This document shows, piece after piece, positions 1 through 12,730 of a stretch of 64,000 nt of DNA. Every line of letters begins with the position of its first letter. Position 1 is the stretch's first letter. The position numbers and the translations under genes were made by a program. The notes beneath the pieces are model-generated. The model ran no database searches. It was not told the origin of the DNA and saw only the letters and a list, made by a program, of their open reading frames with translations. This DNA is from Octopus sinensis. Its lineage: Eukaryota. The stretch lies in contig NC_043003.1 of assembly GCF_006345805.1 (NCBI RefSeq), forward strand, positions 81,778,001 to 81,842,000, given 5' to 3'.

Positions 1-46
1 ATATATATATATTATATATATATATATATATTATATATATATATAT
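1..46. repeat. (TA)n microsatellite
   Basis: Direct reading; contains single-base phase slips. Confidence 0.95.
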
Positions 47-1344
47 CTGTCTATACATGAATAGACAGATAGGTAGAGAGAGACTTAAATGTAAGAAATT
101 ATAAACATACAACGAACTACTCCGTTCTTATCCGAAAGCTGTTTGTTATGAGCAGAAGAAAAGTACAGAAATCAATACCGGAGTAGATATCTTGGATAAA
201 TGCGTTAATGTGCCAACTCTGATCCTACTGAGAGGCTAACTACACTTTATGGAAATGTCAAAAATAGTACACCAGGAAAAATGTCCAGTTGCCTTATCTC
301 AGTAAAAATATTCCAATGAGTAGCAATATATGTATATATATATATGTGTGCATATAGTTCGAATTCTATGAATTATTCATGCTATTTAAAAGGATTGAAA
401 AAATGTAAGAAATCCATAATAATAATGAAAAAAGAGAACACTTCCAACCTCGCATGAACATTTTTCACGTTTATGAATTTACGATACATTATCTATTCAT
501 ATATTGATCTTTTTTTTAGGTGAAAGTTGGCGGTCATATTTGACATATCGAGCTCCTTTCCTAGAAAGCTGAAACGTTGTGTATGCTGCACACGTGACCT
601 GTCATTTCAAAATACTTTGCATATATGAATTGTGCCCTACGAAAACATATTATTTTAAATATCTTTGCCAATAATGTTCAAATTCAGTCACATATTACCT
701 ACATACGTAAATATAAAAGCATTAATAATGTATGTCTAATTTTGTAAATAAAATTACGAATCTATGGTTACACGATCTCTTTTTACGACACAAAGAACTT
801 TATCAGTCCATGATGAGACCACGTTGGAGAAAGGCTATACTGGGAAATTTGTACTAAAATTTGTTAGTCCTTAATCTTTTCTGCCTTTATTTTCGGGAAA
901 TACATACATACAACATGTGTCGTACCTGTTAAGTAAGAATATTGTAATTATAAAGCTTTATCTGGGTGCCGTTTTATCTAAAATTGTTTCTGCTACTTTA
1001 GATATGAATTATATAATTCTAGAATCTCAGGTTACTAATACTCTCAGGTTGATGAATTCTTAGAATTGTTAGAGAATGCTGAACAAACGACCTGCTCAAA
1101 TTTACCTTACGTTCATTTGTTAAATAAACTACCACCCCATTTATCAGGTCAATTTTTATTTCTTTTGTATTGTATTTTCTCTGCTGCCTCCTCATCCTCT
1201 CTTTCATCACGGAATTTTATTACAATTCAAAAGTTCAAGCTTTTCGTATTCTATCTCGCCGATTGGTCATGAGACTTGCTTTAAGATTAATCGTGCTTGT
1301 GAATTACACGTTCATTCACATAAAACATAATCCACTATCTTCTA

Positions 1345-2538
1345 ATGGTTTGGCAACTAAGTTCCCGCGGTTTTTTAAATTAAAATTTTTTATAAGATTT
1401 AATAAAAAATAACAGTTAATCAATAATGTATTCACCCTTGTTGTTTAAAATTTCTTCCCAACGTTCAACAAGATTTTCAATACCTTGTTGGTAAAAATCA
1501 CCTGATTTCGACTCGAAAATTGATTCAACCAAGCTCTCAATTCTTCACCAGTATTGAACGAAACTCCGCGCATAGCATTTGAAAGCGATCGAAAGAGGTG
1601 GAAATCCCTTGGTGCCAAATCAGGAAACTATGGCTGGGAAGTGTGGCAGCACTTCCCAGCCATACGTTTGAATTGTTTCCTTAGTCATAATGGCGATATG
1701 AGGGCTGACGTTGTCGTGCAGCAGACGAATTTCATGCTGACGATTAAGTATTTTCTCGTGATAAGTCGTTCCATCTGTTGAACATAGAGTTCCGTGTTGA
1801 CCGTTTGGTTCCGTTCAAGCAATTCGTAATGGATAATCCCTTCCCAGTCCCACCATACGCACAACATCGTTTTTCGCGGATGATTTTGTTTCACGCGCGG
1901 TGTCGCTTGTTTATATGGGTTAAACCATTCCTTACGCTGCTTCATATTGATGTACAAGCAACATTTTCCGTCGACAGTAACGATTCGTTAAAGAAATCGT
2001 TGCTTGTGTCCATGAGTTGAGCTGTGACGAGCAAGCAAACCAGCGGAGATTGTGGCTCGTTGAATTTTGTTAAAGCACTCGGATCCCATGCCCCATACTT
2101 CTGAGCGTTGCCCATAGCAGTGTGGGCGCATTCCATTTTCTTTGTTAGTTCACTTGTCTTTTTGAGGAGAATTTTTATGCAAAAGTTGGTTTAATCGCTC
2201 TTCATCGAACTCAACTGGACAGCCAAAACGAGGTGCGTCTTATAGATCAAAATTACCGTTTTTGAATTTGGCATACCAATCACTAGCGGTTCTTTCAGCT
2301 ATGGCACCCTCTCTATGCACAGCATAAATTTCCCGAGCAGCTTTTGCGGCCTTAGAACCTTGATTAAAAGCAAAAAGAATTCCATTTTAATGATCTGAAA
2401 ATAAACAAAAATTAACTAAAATTAACTAGTAAGAAAAACAAAAAAGAAAATAGATTCGAAAATGATTCAAAAATAGAATTCTCGAAGAAAATAGATTCCA
2501 AAATAAAAAAAACAGCGGAAACTTAGTTGCCAACCCAA
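1345..2538 (-). mobile_element. Mariner (DD34D-type) DNA transposon, full length, degenerate
   Basis: 28-bp TIRs ATGGTTTGGCAACTAAGTTCCCGCGGTT (1345) and revcomp TTGGGTTGGCAACTAAGTTTCCGCTGTT (ends 2538), 4 mismatches; TA at 1343-44 and 2539-40; ~1.2 kb. Confidence 0.95.
1416..2385 (-). pseudogene. Mariner transposase pseudogene (stops and frameshifts)
   Basis: Motifs FAFNQGSKAAKAAREIYAVH..WYAKFKNGNFDL (HTH), GAWDPSAL (cf. WVPHEL), [36 protein letters not shown] (cf. YSPDLAPSD), ending GIENLVERWEEILNNKGEYIID*. Confidence 0.93.
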
Positions 2539-2587
2539 TAAATATAAGAGCAGAGTTACATTGTGACATTGCACATAGGTATATGTA

Positions 2588-3857
2588 CACTGAACTGCAA
2601 AAGAAACGCGAGACGTGTGTGACTGTAAAACATTTTTTAATTTCATTATGTCAGAGATAAATTTTGATAAATCTCGTAAAGTCAATTTATTAGATGCACT
2701 CTGACCACAGTCTATGAGTCGTTGTTATGTGTTCTGGTAGTGGACAGATCCAGCACATCGAGATTGCCCTCCCTGGTGTTCAAAATGTCCATACACATTT
2801 TGTACTTGAGGAGAAACACAAAAGCCATTGGCATCTGAGCCTATAGCACCCGAAACCATGATGCTTTGGCCACCCCACGCGTCTCTTAGGATCTGATCCA
2901 TGTAACACTGCACTGTGATACCATGCCCACTGCCTGCACCAACATGTTGGAACACATGGGGCCTTGTTCTCTGATTCAGGCCTGTAGCACCCCAAACCAT
3001 TCTGCTTTGGTCATTCCACGCGTCTCTCCCTATGACACATGTGTCTCTATAGCGTTCATCCTTCCTACGCCACACTCTCACTCTACCATTCCAGGTGGAA
3101 ACGCATTACCGACTCTTGTCAGAGAAGACTATCGACCTCCAGTGTTGATGCTTCCAATGTTAATGCTCTGTAGCCCACTGTAGTCGTGTCTGACAGTGGC
3201 GGGCGGTGAGTACAGGCCCTCGAGGAAGACGATAGCAAAGCAGATTGTTAGTGGCTAGTCGACGTCGTACAGTGTCGTCGCTGGTGCATCGGTCTCCAGT
3301 GCCAATAGTCTGGCGAGCTGTCACGCTGGCCGGTCTGAAGCGACCACGGAGGTGTTGCAAATGGATGAAGTGGTCCTGACTGGGCGTGGTCACTCGAGGG
3401 CACCCTCTGTGGGCACGGTATGCAGGGTTGTTAGTACTTTTGTATCATTTGCTGGCGATAAATAGTGCTGACATGAACATTGGAAGATTTCGCAACAATC
3501 AGGGCACGCTGCCCTGCTTGCAATCGGTCGATCGCTTGTTCTCTCTGCTGTCTTTCGGATCATACCTGATGCGCCCAAATCACGAATGCCAGGAACGAGG
3601 TTCAAGTTGATTCTTATACCCATAACCTCCACGAGATGCACGTACATTTCGGTTTTCATGACAATTATTTGCGACTGCCACCGACAGCATTCAATGCAGC
3701 TGCATTTTGGCGTCTTGTTTCAGGGGAAGTTGAAAGATTACTTGCAATTTGGGTCTTAGCCTTACACCAGCATGTCTTGGAATATTATCACTTACATCTC
3801 CGAAATAGATTTTCAGAATTTACTATATAAAAATGATGTTTCTTTTGCGGTTCAGTG
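2588..3857 (-). mobile_element. Tc1-like DNA transposon, TIR-complete, internally rearranged
   Basis: TIRs CACTGAACTGCAAAAGAAAC (2588) and GTTTCTTTTGCGGTTCAGTG (ends 3857); TA TSDs at 2586-87 and 3858-59. Minus-strand peptides QAIDRLQAG..VHVSTIYR, GCPRVTTPSQDHFIHLQH, WRSIVFSDKSR, GRVRVWRRKDERY, SIMVSGAI. Confidence 0.93.
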
Positions 3858-5228
3858 TATATGTGTTTATAAAATGTGTTTCAGCCGTAAAAATTTCATA
3901 TAACTAGTGGTACACTGTGCAGTATATTTTTCCTCTAATATTTGTAGGATGCCTTCCTGCATATCAGAGAATAGAGTTTCCTTGCAAATGAACTTATTTC
4001 TCTTTTTCATTTGCACTGTCTATACATCTTCGATCACTTCCACACACTTCGGTCAACTTTTCTCCGGTTACCGTGACGAAAGTTCCCTCTAAAGGTAAAA
4101 AGTGTAAAAACACCATATCTGCCCAGTGCTTCCCTCTAGCGCATACCCAGACACGCGTTCCTGGTTCTTAAGCCTTCCTTAATGTGAAATACTGAAGAGA
4201 GATAACCCTGATATAATGCACACAGCCACAATAGATGTAAATATCAACAACACAAGAAGAAATAAGTTTCACAAATAGGGTATTAGCTCAACACTTACTT
4301 TCATGGAGAAAAAAGAAAATCATCCTAACGTTGTGGACGTTACTACTTTATAAACGAGAGATAGAGAGAAGTATATAAGGAGTAAAGAAGAGAAATAATC
4401 AGTTAAAAATAGCCGAGAACAGCGTGTTAGAAATCAGGTGGCAATGCTCTTCTATGGGAGAGTTATGGAGCAACGTGTGGGTGGCTTTAAAAATGCAAGT
4501 ATCAGAGAATATCTTTTACTGAAATGAGCATAAGGGAAAGGGATGCCTATATGCTAAAGTGGTGTATGTATAGATCTATGTAAGTGTGGGCTACACAGGC
4601 ATTTGTTAGGATGTGGTGGATGATGATATATGTATGTGTAATATTTGGGTGGATTGTGTGAATCGCTATAAGCAAGAAGGTGAGAACGGTTGCATGTTTA
4701 AGAGAATAACGGCATTGATGAAGTACATAGGATCGTGAGAGAAATGTAGAAGGTGGTAATGTGTGAAAGTGTACAACAAAAGTAAAAATGAAATAGTTTT
4801 CCAGAAGACACTAAAATCTTAAACTGAAAATTGAAAATGAGAGAAAAAGTTATGAATTCTGCGAAGAGAAAGCTCAAAGGAATTGCTAAAAGTTACACAA
4901 CAATGGCAAAATTCTCAGGGCTTTGGCACAGTGTCATACGATGGTAAAACTTTGAGATATCTACAAAGAAGAAGCGGTATCTGTGATGAGGTAGCAGGCG
5001 AGATCTATGAAGAAATAACTGTGAGGGTAGGTGAAAAACCTGACGTAAGGTGTAGGATGCAAAAAATGGACGAAAATTTATTTTTCTGAGAGAAATTTGA
5101 CAGTAAATAGGCGGAAAAAGCACAATAATTAAAGCATGTGGGGTTAGTAAGTTAACAAAGAGAGCGAAGAGATAAAACAGAAGTCCACAGCTAGACGTGC
5201 CAGAGCTTAACAGAATGCTTGTGAGAGT

Positions 5229-5325
5229 GTGTGTGTGTGTACGTGTGTGTGCGCTCGAGTGGGTATGTGTGAATATGTGTCTGTACCGAGTGAGAGGCAG
5301 AGGGGAGAGAGAAAGATGTATGCAT

Positions 5326-5409
<84 letters not shown>

Positions 5410-5432
5410 TGTGTATGTATGTGTGTGTGTGT
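5229..5432. repeat. Compound (GT)n/(AG)n/(TA)n microsatellite
   Basis: Direct reading; explains ORFs 4893-5447, 5207-5476 and 5229-5444. Confidence 0.95.
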
Positions 5433-5574
5433 AGGGAAATATAACATGATTTTATGTGATACACAATAAAATGCACATGTATTATCGTCGCGTATATTTC
5501 TGACAGCTTTATCCTGCTCTTTGCTCTATATTTCTTTGTCGCGATTGCTTACAGCGCGCACACACACACACACA

Positions 5575-5612
<38 letters not shown>

Positions 5613-7175
5613 ATGTTTCAATGAATTATGTTCGCGCAGTATTGGCACAGTTATCAATTGTTGTCTTTGCTATATGAAAATAAATAGATTATTTTATGAA
5701 GTCCAACGAATGAAAGAAAATTGTATCCTTACGAGATTTGAGCGCAACAAACCTGATTCCACCTATTCATCCTAGGTGAATATTATTTATTCATAGATAA
5801 ATATAACAATCATGTAATGTCAGAAAGAGTCGTGAACCAGACCGAACGCTTTGTCAGGCTACGTTGGAGTTCACTCATCCAGTATTGATAAAATAAGTGC
5901 CTGTAGTGTATTGACATTCATTCCTTCGATAACAAAATCCAAAGAACATGCTTCAAAATGAGAAATTATAAGACAATTCTCCCTAGAATCAAACCTGTTC
6001 TTTAAAGTGAAATAAAATTTATCAATACTAAAAGCATTTCAGAACGTCTGACTTCTGGTTGCTTTAAATCCAGGTGATAATATATGAGATATCTCCAAAG
6101 ATGAAGTGAGACCATTGTTATGTACTTAGATATACAGTGCAGAAATTCAGTACTGATTCTCTGTGTCCTGATTCTATCGATCAACATCTCGTGAGCAAAA
6201 TTGCGGACATGTTTTTCTCATTTTGTACTTTATATAAACATACGCATAATATTAATATCCGGTCTTGTCCCTCATTTTCGTTTTAAAAATAGAATCTCAA
6301 TGTGTAAATCCCATCCATTAAAGTTATTTATACGCTAGATATTCTTTGTGTTAATCATAATACAATATAAAGTTAAAGCATGCTGCGTATATCCTTACAT
6401 CAAACTACATAGATTCTTTGGCTATAATATTATTGGAATTAAGCTGTTTCCTTTAGCTTTTTATATATTTGAACTCTTGTATGTATTAGAAATGTTCGAA
6501 ATGCAACTAATTCAAGCGGCCTATCAACAATGAATAATATAATCTCACATAAACTATCATTCTTCGAAATATACTTGTACACCATGGCAAGAACAATTAG
6601 GATTGTTTTAATAAAACAACTCACTATGGAAAACTGAACATAATAAGAATTAATCCACGATTATATTTTACAAATTCCAATGCACTGTCATAAATAACTT
6701 TATTTTATTTTATCTTATTTTATTTGACTCATTAAAATAACGAAAATACGTCGCTTAGTGCAACTAACTAGAAATAAGTGAAATGATATTAAACCAAGCA
6801 CGGTTCTTTAACCAAGCAATGTATAGTTGTATATATCATACATTAGGTAGAAAAATAATTCGACAAATATGAAATGCATATACATTTCATGCTTGTATAT
6901 CTCTGCTGATCATAGAACCAAATTTTTGATTTCGCTGCGTTTAAAGTACGTCATTGCATTATACAGAACACATATAACTTAGAAGTATCGAAACATCGTA
7001 TTAAGTATTTCGTGCTACTGCTTATAACAAATAAACTATAAAACTATTAACAGGAGCAAAAATTGACCAACTCTCTTAACAAAATTAATAATGCGATTAT
7101 ACATGATGCATAGAATATAAATATTTGAATCATTATTTTATAATCATTAGACTGCTAATAAATGTGTGCAGATAG

Positions 7176-7363
<188 letters not shown>

Positions 7364-8483
7364 CGGGAATATTATTGTTTGTTATAACATTTAGCATATT
7401 TTTTAATGAATGCACATTATTAAATCAGAGTATTAACTTTAAATATGACATAGCTACCAGTCACTGTACTTCTTTGATATTTTCATAATATTCCACGATA
7501 ATGGAACACAAACATACTAATAAAAGTACACATCAATAACATGGCTTCCTAAGAGTCATGTTTACCTGTGACCTGCTTTATACCAGTTTGCGGCTTACAC
7601 TTGATACCTTCTAGGAAGAGTAGTTATGCTATACTTAGCATTAGCAAATCATTGAACAGTATCCAACATAATATTTTCCTAATTTTTTGTTAACGTATGA
7701 GCTTCATCTATTTCGCATCGTTTGGATTAGACTCTCTCTATCACACCGTTCAACTATAAAAAAACATTTGTATTAACTATTTGTGTATATCTCCCAAACT
7801 AACCTTGTTGAGTATAAATGTCTACCCTCACTACTTAAAACACTATCTTATGAAGATGATAGCATCTTCTCCGTTTCCTCAGAAAGACCACTAAATATCT
7901 CACTAGCCCTGACACCATGCAACATTTGTCCGGATTCTGTCGGGTGAAAATCGATTTGTACATTTGATATCCTATTACAGATTATTCATTTCTCATAAGT
8001 TTCTTTTAAAAAAATATTTTTTGTTGACTGCCAGGCTTTTATACTTGAAATGTAAATTAATATGCATTTTGCTCCACAATCATGTTAATCTGATGTTCAA
8101 TTTAGATAGAGCATTAATATTTTTATCTATTATCCTTCTTTTTTAAGTAACTAACGCAGGATTTATAAATGTTAGTGGTTTATAATTTTCTTTACATTGT
8201 ATTTTATATTGTCCGGAAACGTTATATTTCCTTCATCGTTCATAAAGATTAGCAGTAATTTTGACACAAAACGCTGCCCTAAACATTCATTTAATTCTTT
8301 CTCACAGCAGTATAAGTTAGAAAAGTAGTAGTTAGAAATTTCCCTTCAGTCTCCATTTTCGAGTTATATAATATACCGATGACGATTCATGAGACTTGCA
8401 CTCATGGTTTCAAAGGAATTCCCTTTTGGTTAATATTGTTTATACATTTTATAAAATTTATCGAGGGTTAAATAAATATATTA

Positions 8484-8716
8484 TATTTCTTCATTGCCCA
8501 CAAGGGGCTAAACATAGAGGGGACAAACAAGGACAGACAAAGGGATTAAGTCGATTACACCGACCCCAGTGCGTAACTGGTACTTTATTTATCGACCCCG
8601 AAAGGATGAAAGGCAGGGCCGACCTCGGCGGGATTTGACCTCAGAACGTAGCCGCAGATGAAATACCGCTAAGCATTTCGCCCGGCGCGCTAACATGTCT
8701 GCCAGCTCGCCGCCTT
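8484..8716 (-). mobile_element. tRNA-derived SINE, family A (head AAGGCGGCGAGCTGGCAG), full length
   Basis: Homologous to copies at 27819-28051 and 33812-34036; B-box-like segment; central CCTTTCATCCTTTCGGGGTCGATAAAT..GTACCAG domain; tail ends AAGAAATA. Confidence 0.9.
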
Positions 8717-10299
8717 CGAAGTTTAAATAAATATATTAGCGTCATTGTGTTACTTCACTTCGCCATTTGTTACAAAGCAACAGACCGGATATTATGAAAG
8801 TCATGAAACTGCACGTTATCAGATTAAATTTCAGTTAACCATTAAAAGTGTTATTTATTTAAGAGAGCTTCTTGTTGTGATAGAATATTTATCTAGCACC
8901 CTGTATTCCGAATGCCCCTTGGAATTGTTTATAAATAATGAAGTGTACCATTTTTCCTTAATTAAGTGCATGCTGAATGAAAGTAATGCCGTTTTACTTT
9001 ATACATACTTTGGGATTCTATATTTGAAGTGTTTCACAAAATGTTAAATTCCACGAAGAGTTGATGCCTGAAGAAATTTAGAAAACTAAATTGAATATGT
9101 CGATAAAAAGAAATTGCAATTAACGGTTTGGTTAAATAGACAAAAAAGCAAAGTTAAATAGATAAAAATGTTTCGATATAATTAAGTTGCAAACCAGTCG
9201 TATACAGTTTTCATTCAGTCGTTGCTCCAGCTTGAAAACGAAATTTAAACCTAGAATGCAAAACATGCAACTAATATAATTCTCTTTACAAACCATCGAT
9301 TGAAGTTCTTTGACTGAAATTCGATCTTTTTGTTTACATTTCTTTTAATACTTTTCTCCTTCTTTCTCTTCTCCAATTCATTCTTATGTATCTCTTTTAT
9401 TGTTTATGCTTTTAGTCATATTTTACAAATTTGTGTGTCTTTTGTCTTTCCTTACTCTCTCTCTTTACAGGCTTGAACTGGGGTAAGGTTGTTAATTGTA
9501 TGTTGCTTGATAATTGCAACGATTAAAGTTAGTTTATAATTGGTATGCATTCTCCTTATTAATCGACAGATTATAACAAAGGAAACGCTGAATCTTAGTG
9601 GAACCTTCCTTTTTAAAGTTACAAAGGCTCTACTTTTCCTCATTTTCTCAGAAACAAGAATGCGTTTTCTTTTTTCCATTTGAAGAGTGAAAATAAAAAA
9701 CCGCCTACAATAGCTAAATGAATAAACTGCCATTACTTTTGAGTTGAGCCGCATTTATACACGAACTAAAGAACGTAAATAGTGGGTGCAATATTTAAAT
9801 CAATTCCAACATTTTCGCATTTATACATTGTGCATGTTTGACTTCAAAGGAGTCTGTATATAGAACATATATTTAAATCAATATAATTAACATATTCTAA
9901 GGGGTGGTGACTTTCAATGTTTGACTTCTGAATGGTTAACCGCCACTATGCAGTATTATTAAGTGTATTATCCTATTATCGCATCCACCTGTCAAAAGTA
10001 AGACAGTTAATACTATGACGAATTAAATATGAGATAGGAGGGTTGAAATAATATGGTAACGAATAGAGGTTTGAGGTGTGGCATAGAGAAGTGTTTTTAG
10101 TGCATTCTTAGAGAGGAGAGTGTTTCTCATATGTAAAGACGGAAACTGCTAGATTATCATATACTATAAAAGTCAAATATAAAATTAAATAAAAGTGTAA
10201 AATGAGAGGAGGCAAAATATATAAATTTCAAATAAAAGTGAATCCATATTTTTCTCGCTTTTATTATCCGCCTCGTCTTACTTTTTGCTTATCTAACTG

Positions 10300-10371
10300 T
10301 TTATCTATCAATCTATCTATCTATCTATCTATTTATCTATATTTTTATCTCTCTATCTCTCTATCTCTCTC

Positions 10372-10452
<81 letters not shown>

Positions 10453-10560
10453 ATATATATATATCTGTCTATCTATCTATGTATCTATCTATGTATCTGT
10501 CTATCAAAACGTGTGTGTATATATGTATGCATGTATGTGTATATGTGTGTGTGTGTGCAA
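10300..10560. repeat. (TATC)n/(TG)n compound microsatellite
   Basis: Direct reading. Confidence 0.95.
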
Positions 10561-11391
10561 TATGTATTGATATATACATGCGCTCATTTAGGTAATATGT
10601 CATTTTCAACTAGTTAACAAATTGTGCAATTATCTAAGTAAGTGCCTCAATAATCGTTAGCTAACTCAATCAATCTGTTGGTGAGTCAATATCCTCCCGT
10701 CACCATTCAAGATTTTATAAATGATGTAGCTCCGTAGCTATGGGTCTATCGACGTCTATCCAAAATATATAGTCTGAGTTTCGTTATAGCAGTAATAATT
10801 ATGAAAGTTATATGCGTGTATGATTTCGAACGTATGGGCGTATGTACGTCTCTTTGAGATTCTACATTGTCTGTTATATTTTCTAGTACCTATATATATT
10901 TGGAGAGTACGTGCATAAATGCATTTGCATATCTATAGCATATGTGATTAGCCTGTCTTTTACTCATTCGTGTGCATTAGAGCATTTACGCATGTCGTCA
11001 TGCTTGTTTCTGGTATTCTTGTTTTTATCAAAATGAATTCATAAACTCAACCACATACAGATATATTTATTCTCTCACACACATATCCACCTGCATGCAT
11101 ATGAATATATACACCTATACACATTTCACATATATACAATCATATACAACAAGCACATGTAGAAGCTCCTCTCCATTTTTATGTCGTAGTCGATCCCTCT
11201 TCTAAGTCTATGTATGTATATTTATATGTGTGTATGTATACACACACACACCATACAAACATGTATATATATAACTATGAAGGGCTGTGTTAAGCAGTGC
11301 CGATATTGACAACCCTGTAAATAATAATATATTATATTACAAGCTTAAAGAAAATACCCTAATAATAGGGCATATAACCACCCCTCGACGG

Positions 11392-11479
11392 AAAAAGTAC
11401 GTTTTCCGTATGCATGGGACGCGAACCCACACCTCTTTCTGTAAGCGACTACGTGCGCTACCGATTACACTAGCAAACA
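11392..11479 (-). other. tRNA-like element (tRNA pseudogene or SINE head) with oligo-T terminator
   Basis: Acceptor stem TGTTTGC/GCATACG (6/7 pairs), D stem GTGT/GCAC, T stem GTGGG/CCCAT with TTCGCGT loop, A box TAGTGTAATCGG; anticodon stem unpaired; TTTTT about 10 nt downstream. Confidence 0.6.
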
Positions 11480-11619
11480 CACCTCTTTTTTTCTGTCAGA
11501 TCTAAGAATTTTAATTACTTCCCAAAGTTCCTTGTTTCATAAGTATTTACGTGTACATGTAGATATACCAATATGCATATTCACTTATACATATTACCAT
11601 AATGGACTACTGTTAACCA

Positions 11620-12730
11620 TCCTTAGTTCATCCATATAAGTGAGAAGAAATTATCTTCTCTCGGATGACGATAGGGTCATTCAGAGTTTTACGGATGGGT
11701 CATTTCTTCTGGGTCTAGTGTACCTCATGCAGAGATAGCATGCAAACTTACAGAAACTTTTTGGTCTCCACCGATATTGCAGTTGCACTCACGATATTTG
11801 AGTAAGTCACGTTATAGGTTTCTATCAAAAGTACCAACTGACCAACTGAAATTGCATCAGAAACTTTGCTACTATGCAAAAGAACACATTGGATACTGCG
11901 TTTACAACAATCTCCGTTGTCTTTGGTTATACTGAACAATGCCTAACTCTGTGAGAAGGCCTAAAGTGTCGTGGCAGTAAACAAATTGCTGTCTTCTGAA
12001 AAAATGTCCAGAAAAATTTGCTCTTGCATTTGGAAATATGAAACTTTGGCAGAGAATTTAAGAGCAATTTTTTTTTGCTATCATTTAGAGAGGAGGTTAA
12101 TAGTTCCGATGTTTCCTGAGGAGTGCCAAATCATTTACTAAGTCGTTCAGTTCCGCCTGACTAAAGAAAATGAGGAGTTCAGGATGTTTTGACATCAGAT
12201 TAGGAGTCTTCGGAATCTGAGACCATTACTTAAAACTCCAGTTCAAATTTACTGTTTTCATCTTCAGAGGAGGCATAACAATTAAAACCTCAGAATGAGG
12301 AATAGGTAAAAATTCAAAGATAATATTTGGATAGGAGATCTTATGCCGGTTTTTCCTCACCATGTCTGTAGTGTTAACTAGCCAAAATAGCATTCAGGTA
12401 TGGGTGTTTTGGATTCAGCCAAGCCATAGGGACTCCTAATGGAGTCCATAGGGACCTTTTCCTTTTCTTGTTGTCCAGTAACGAAGCCCTTCCTTGCATT
12501 TATGACATGCAGCACGTGGAAACCACTTCTTAGTATCCAAGGTGAACGTCAAAATAGGTCTCACAGATACGCCTCACAAACATTTTTGCTTTTGACGAAC
12601 ACCTTAGTTGTAGCAACATATATAATATAATCCATTGGGATCATTTATACTTGAAAAAAGCATGCAAAAATCAAAATTCCCTACAAGTATACCAATTTCG
12701 GAAAGATCATAAATTTCTTGTTGCAGAAAT
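11620..12730 (-). mobile_element. Degenerate DNA transposon, probably Chapaev (Chapaev3/CMC-like)
   Basis: Frameshifted peptides YFDVHLG..WFPRAACHKCKEGLRYWT, LGVPMAW, ECYF, RKNRHKISYP, FSQAELNDLVNDL, ELLTSSL, VYCHDTLGLLTELGI, KRSIQCVLLH match the recalled Chapaev3-type transposase (FSQ.ELNDLVRDL, KRSLK.VLLHNGN). Putative 5' end CTGCAACAAGAAATTTATGATCTTTCCGAAATT..GTAGGGAATTT at ~12727. Family name from memory. Confidence 0.7.
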
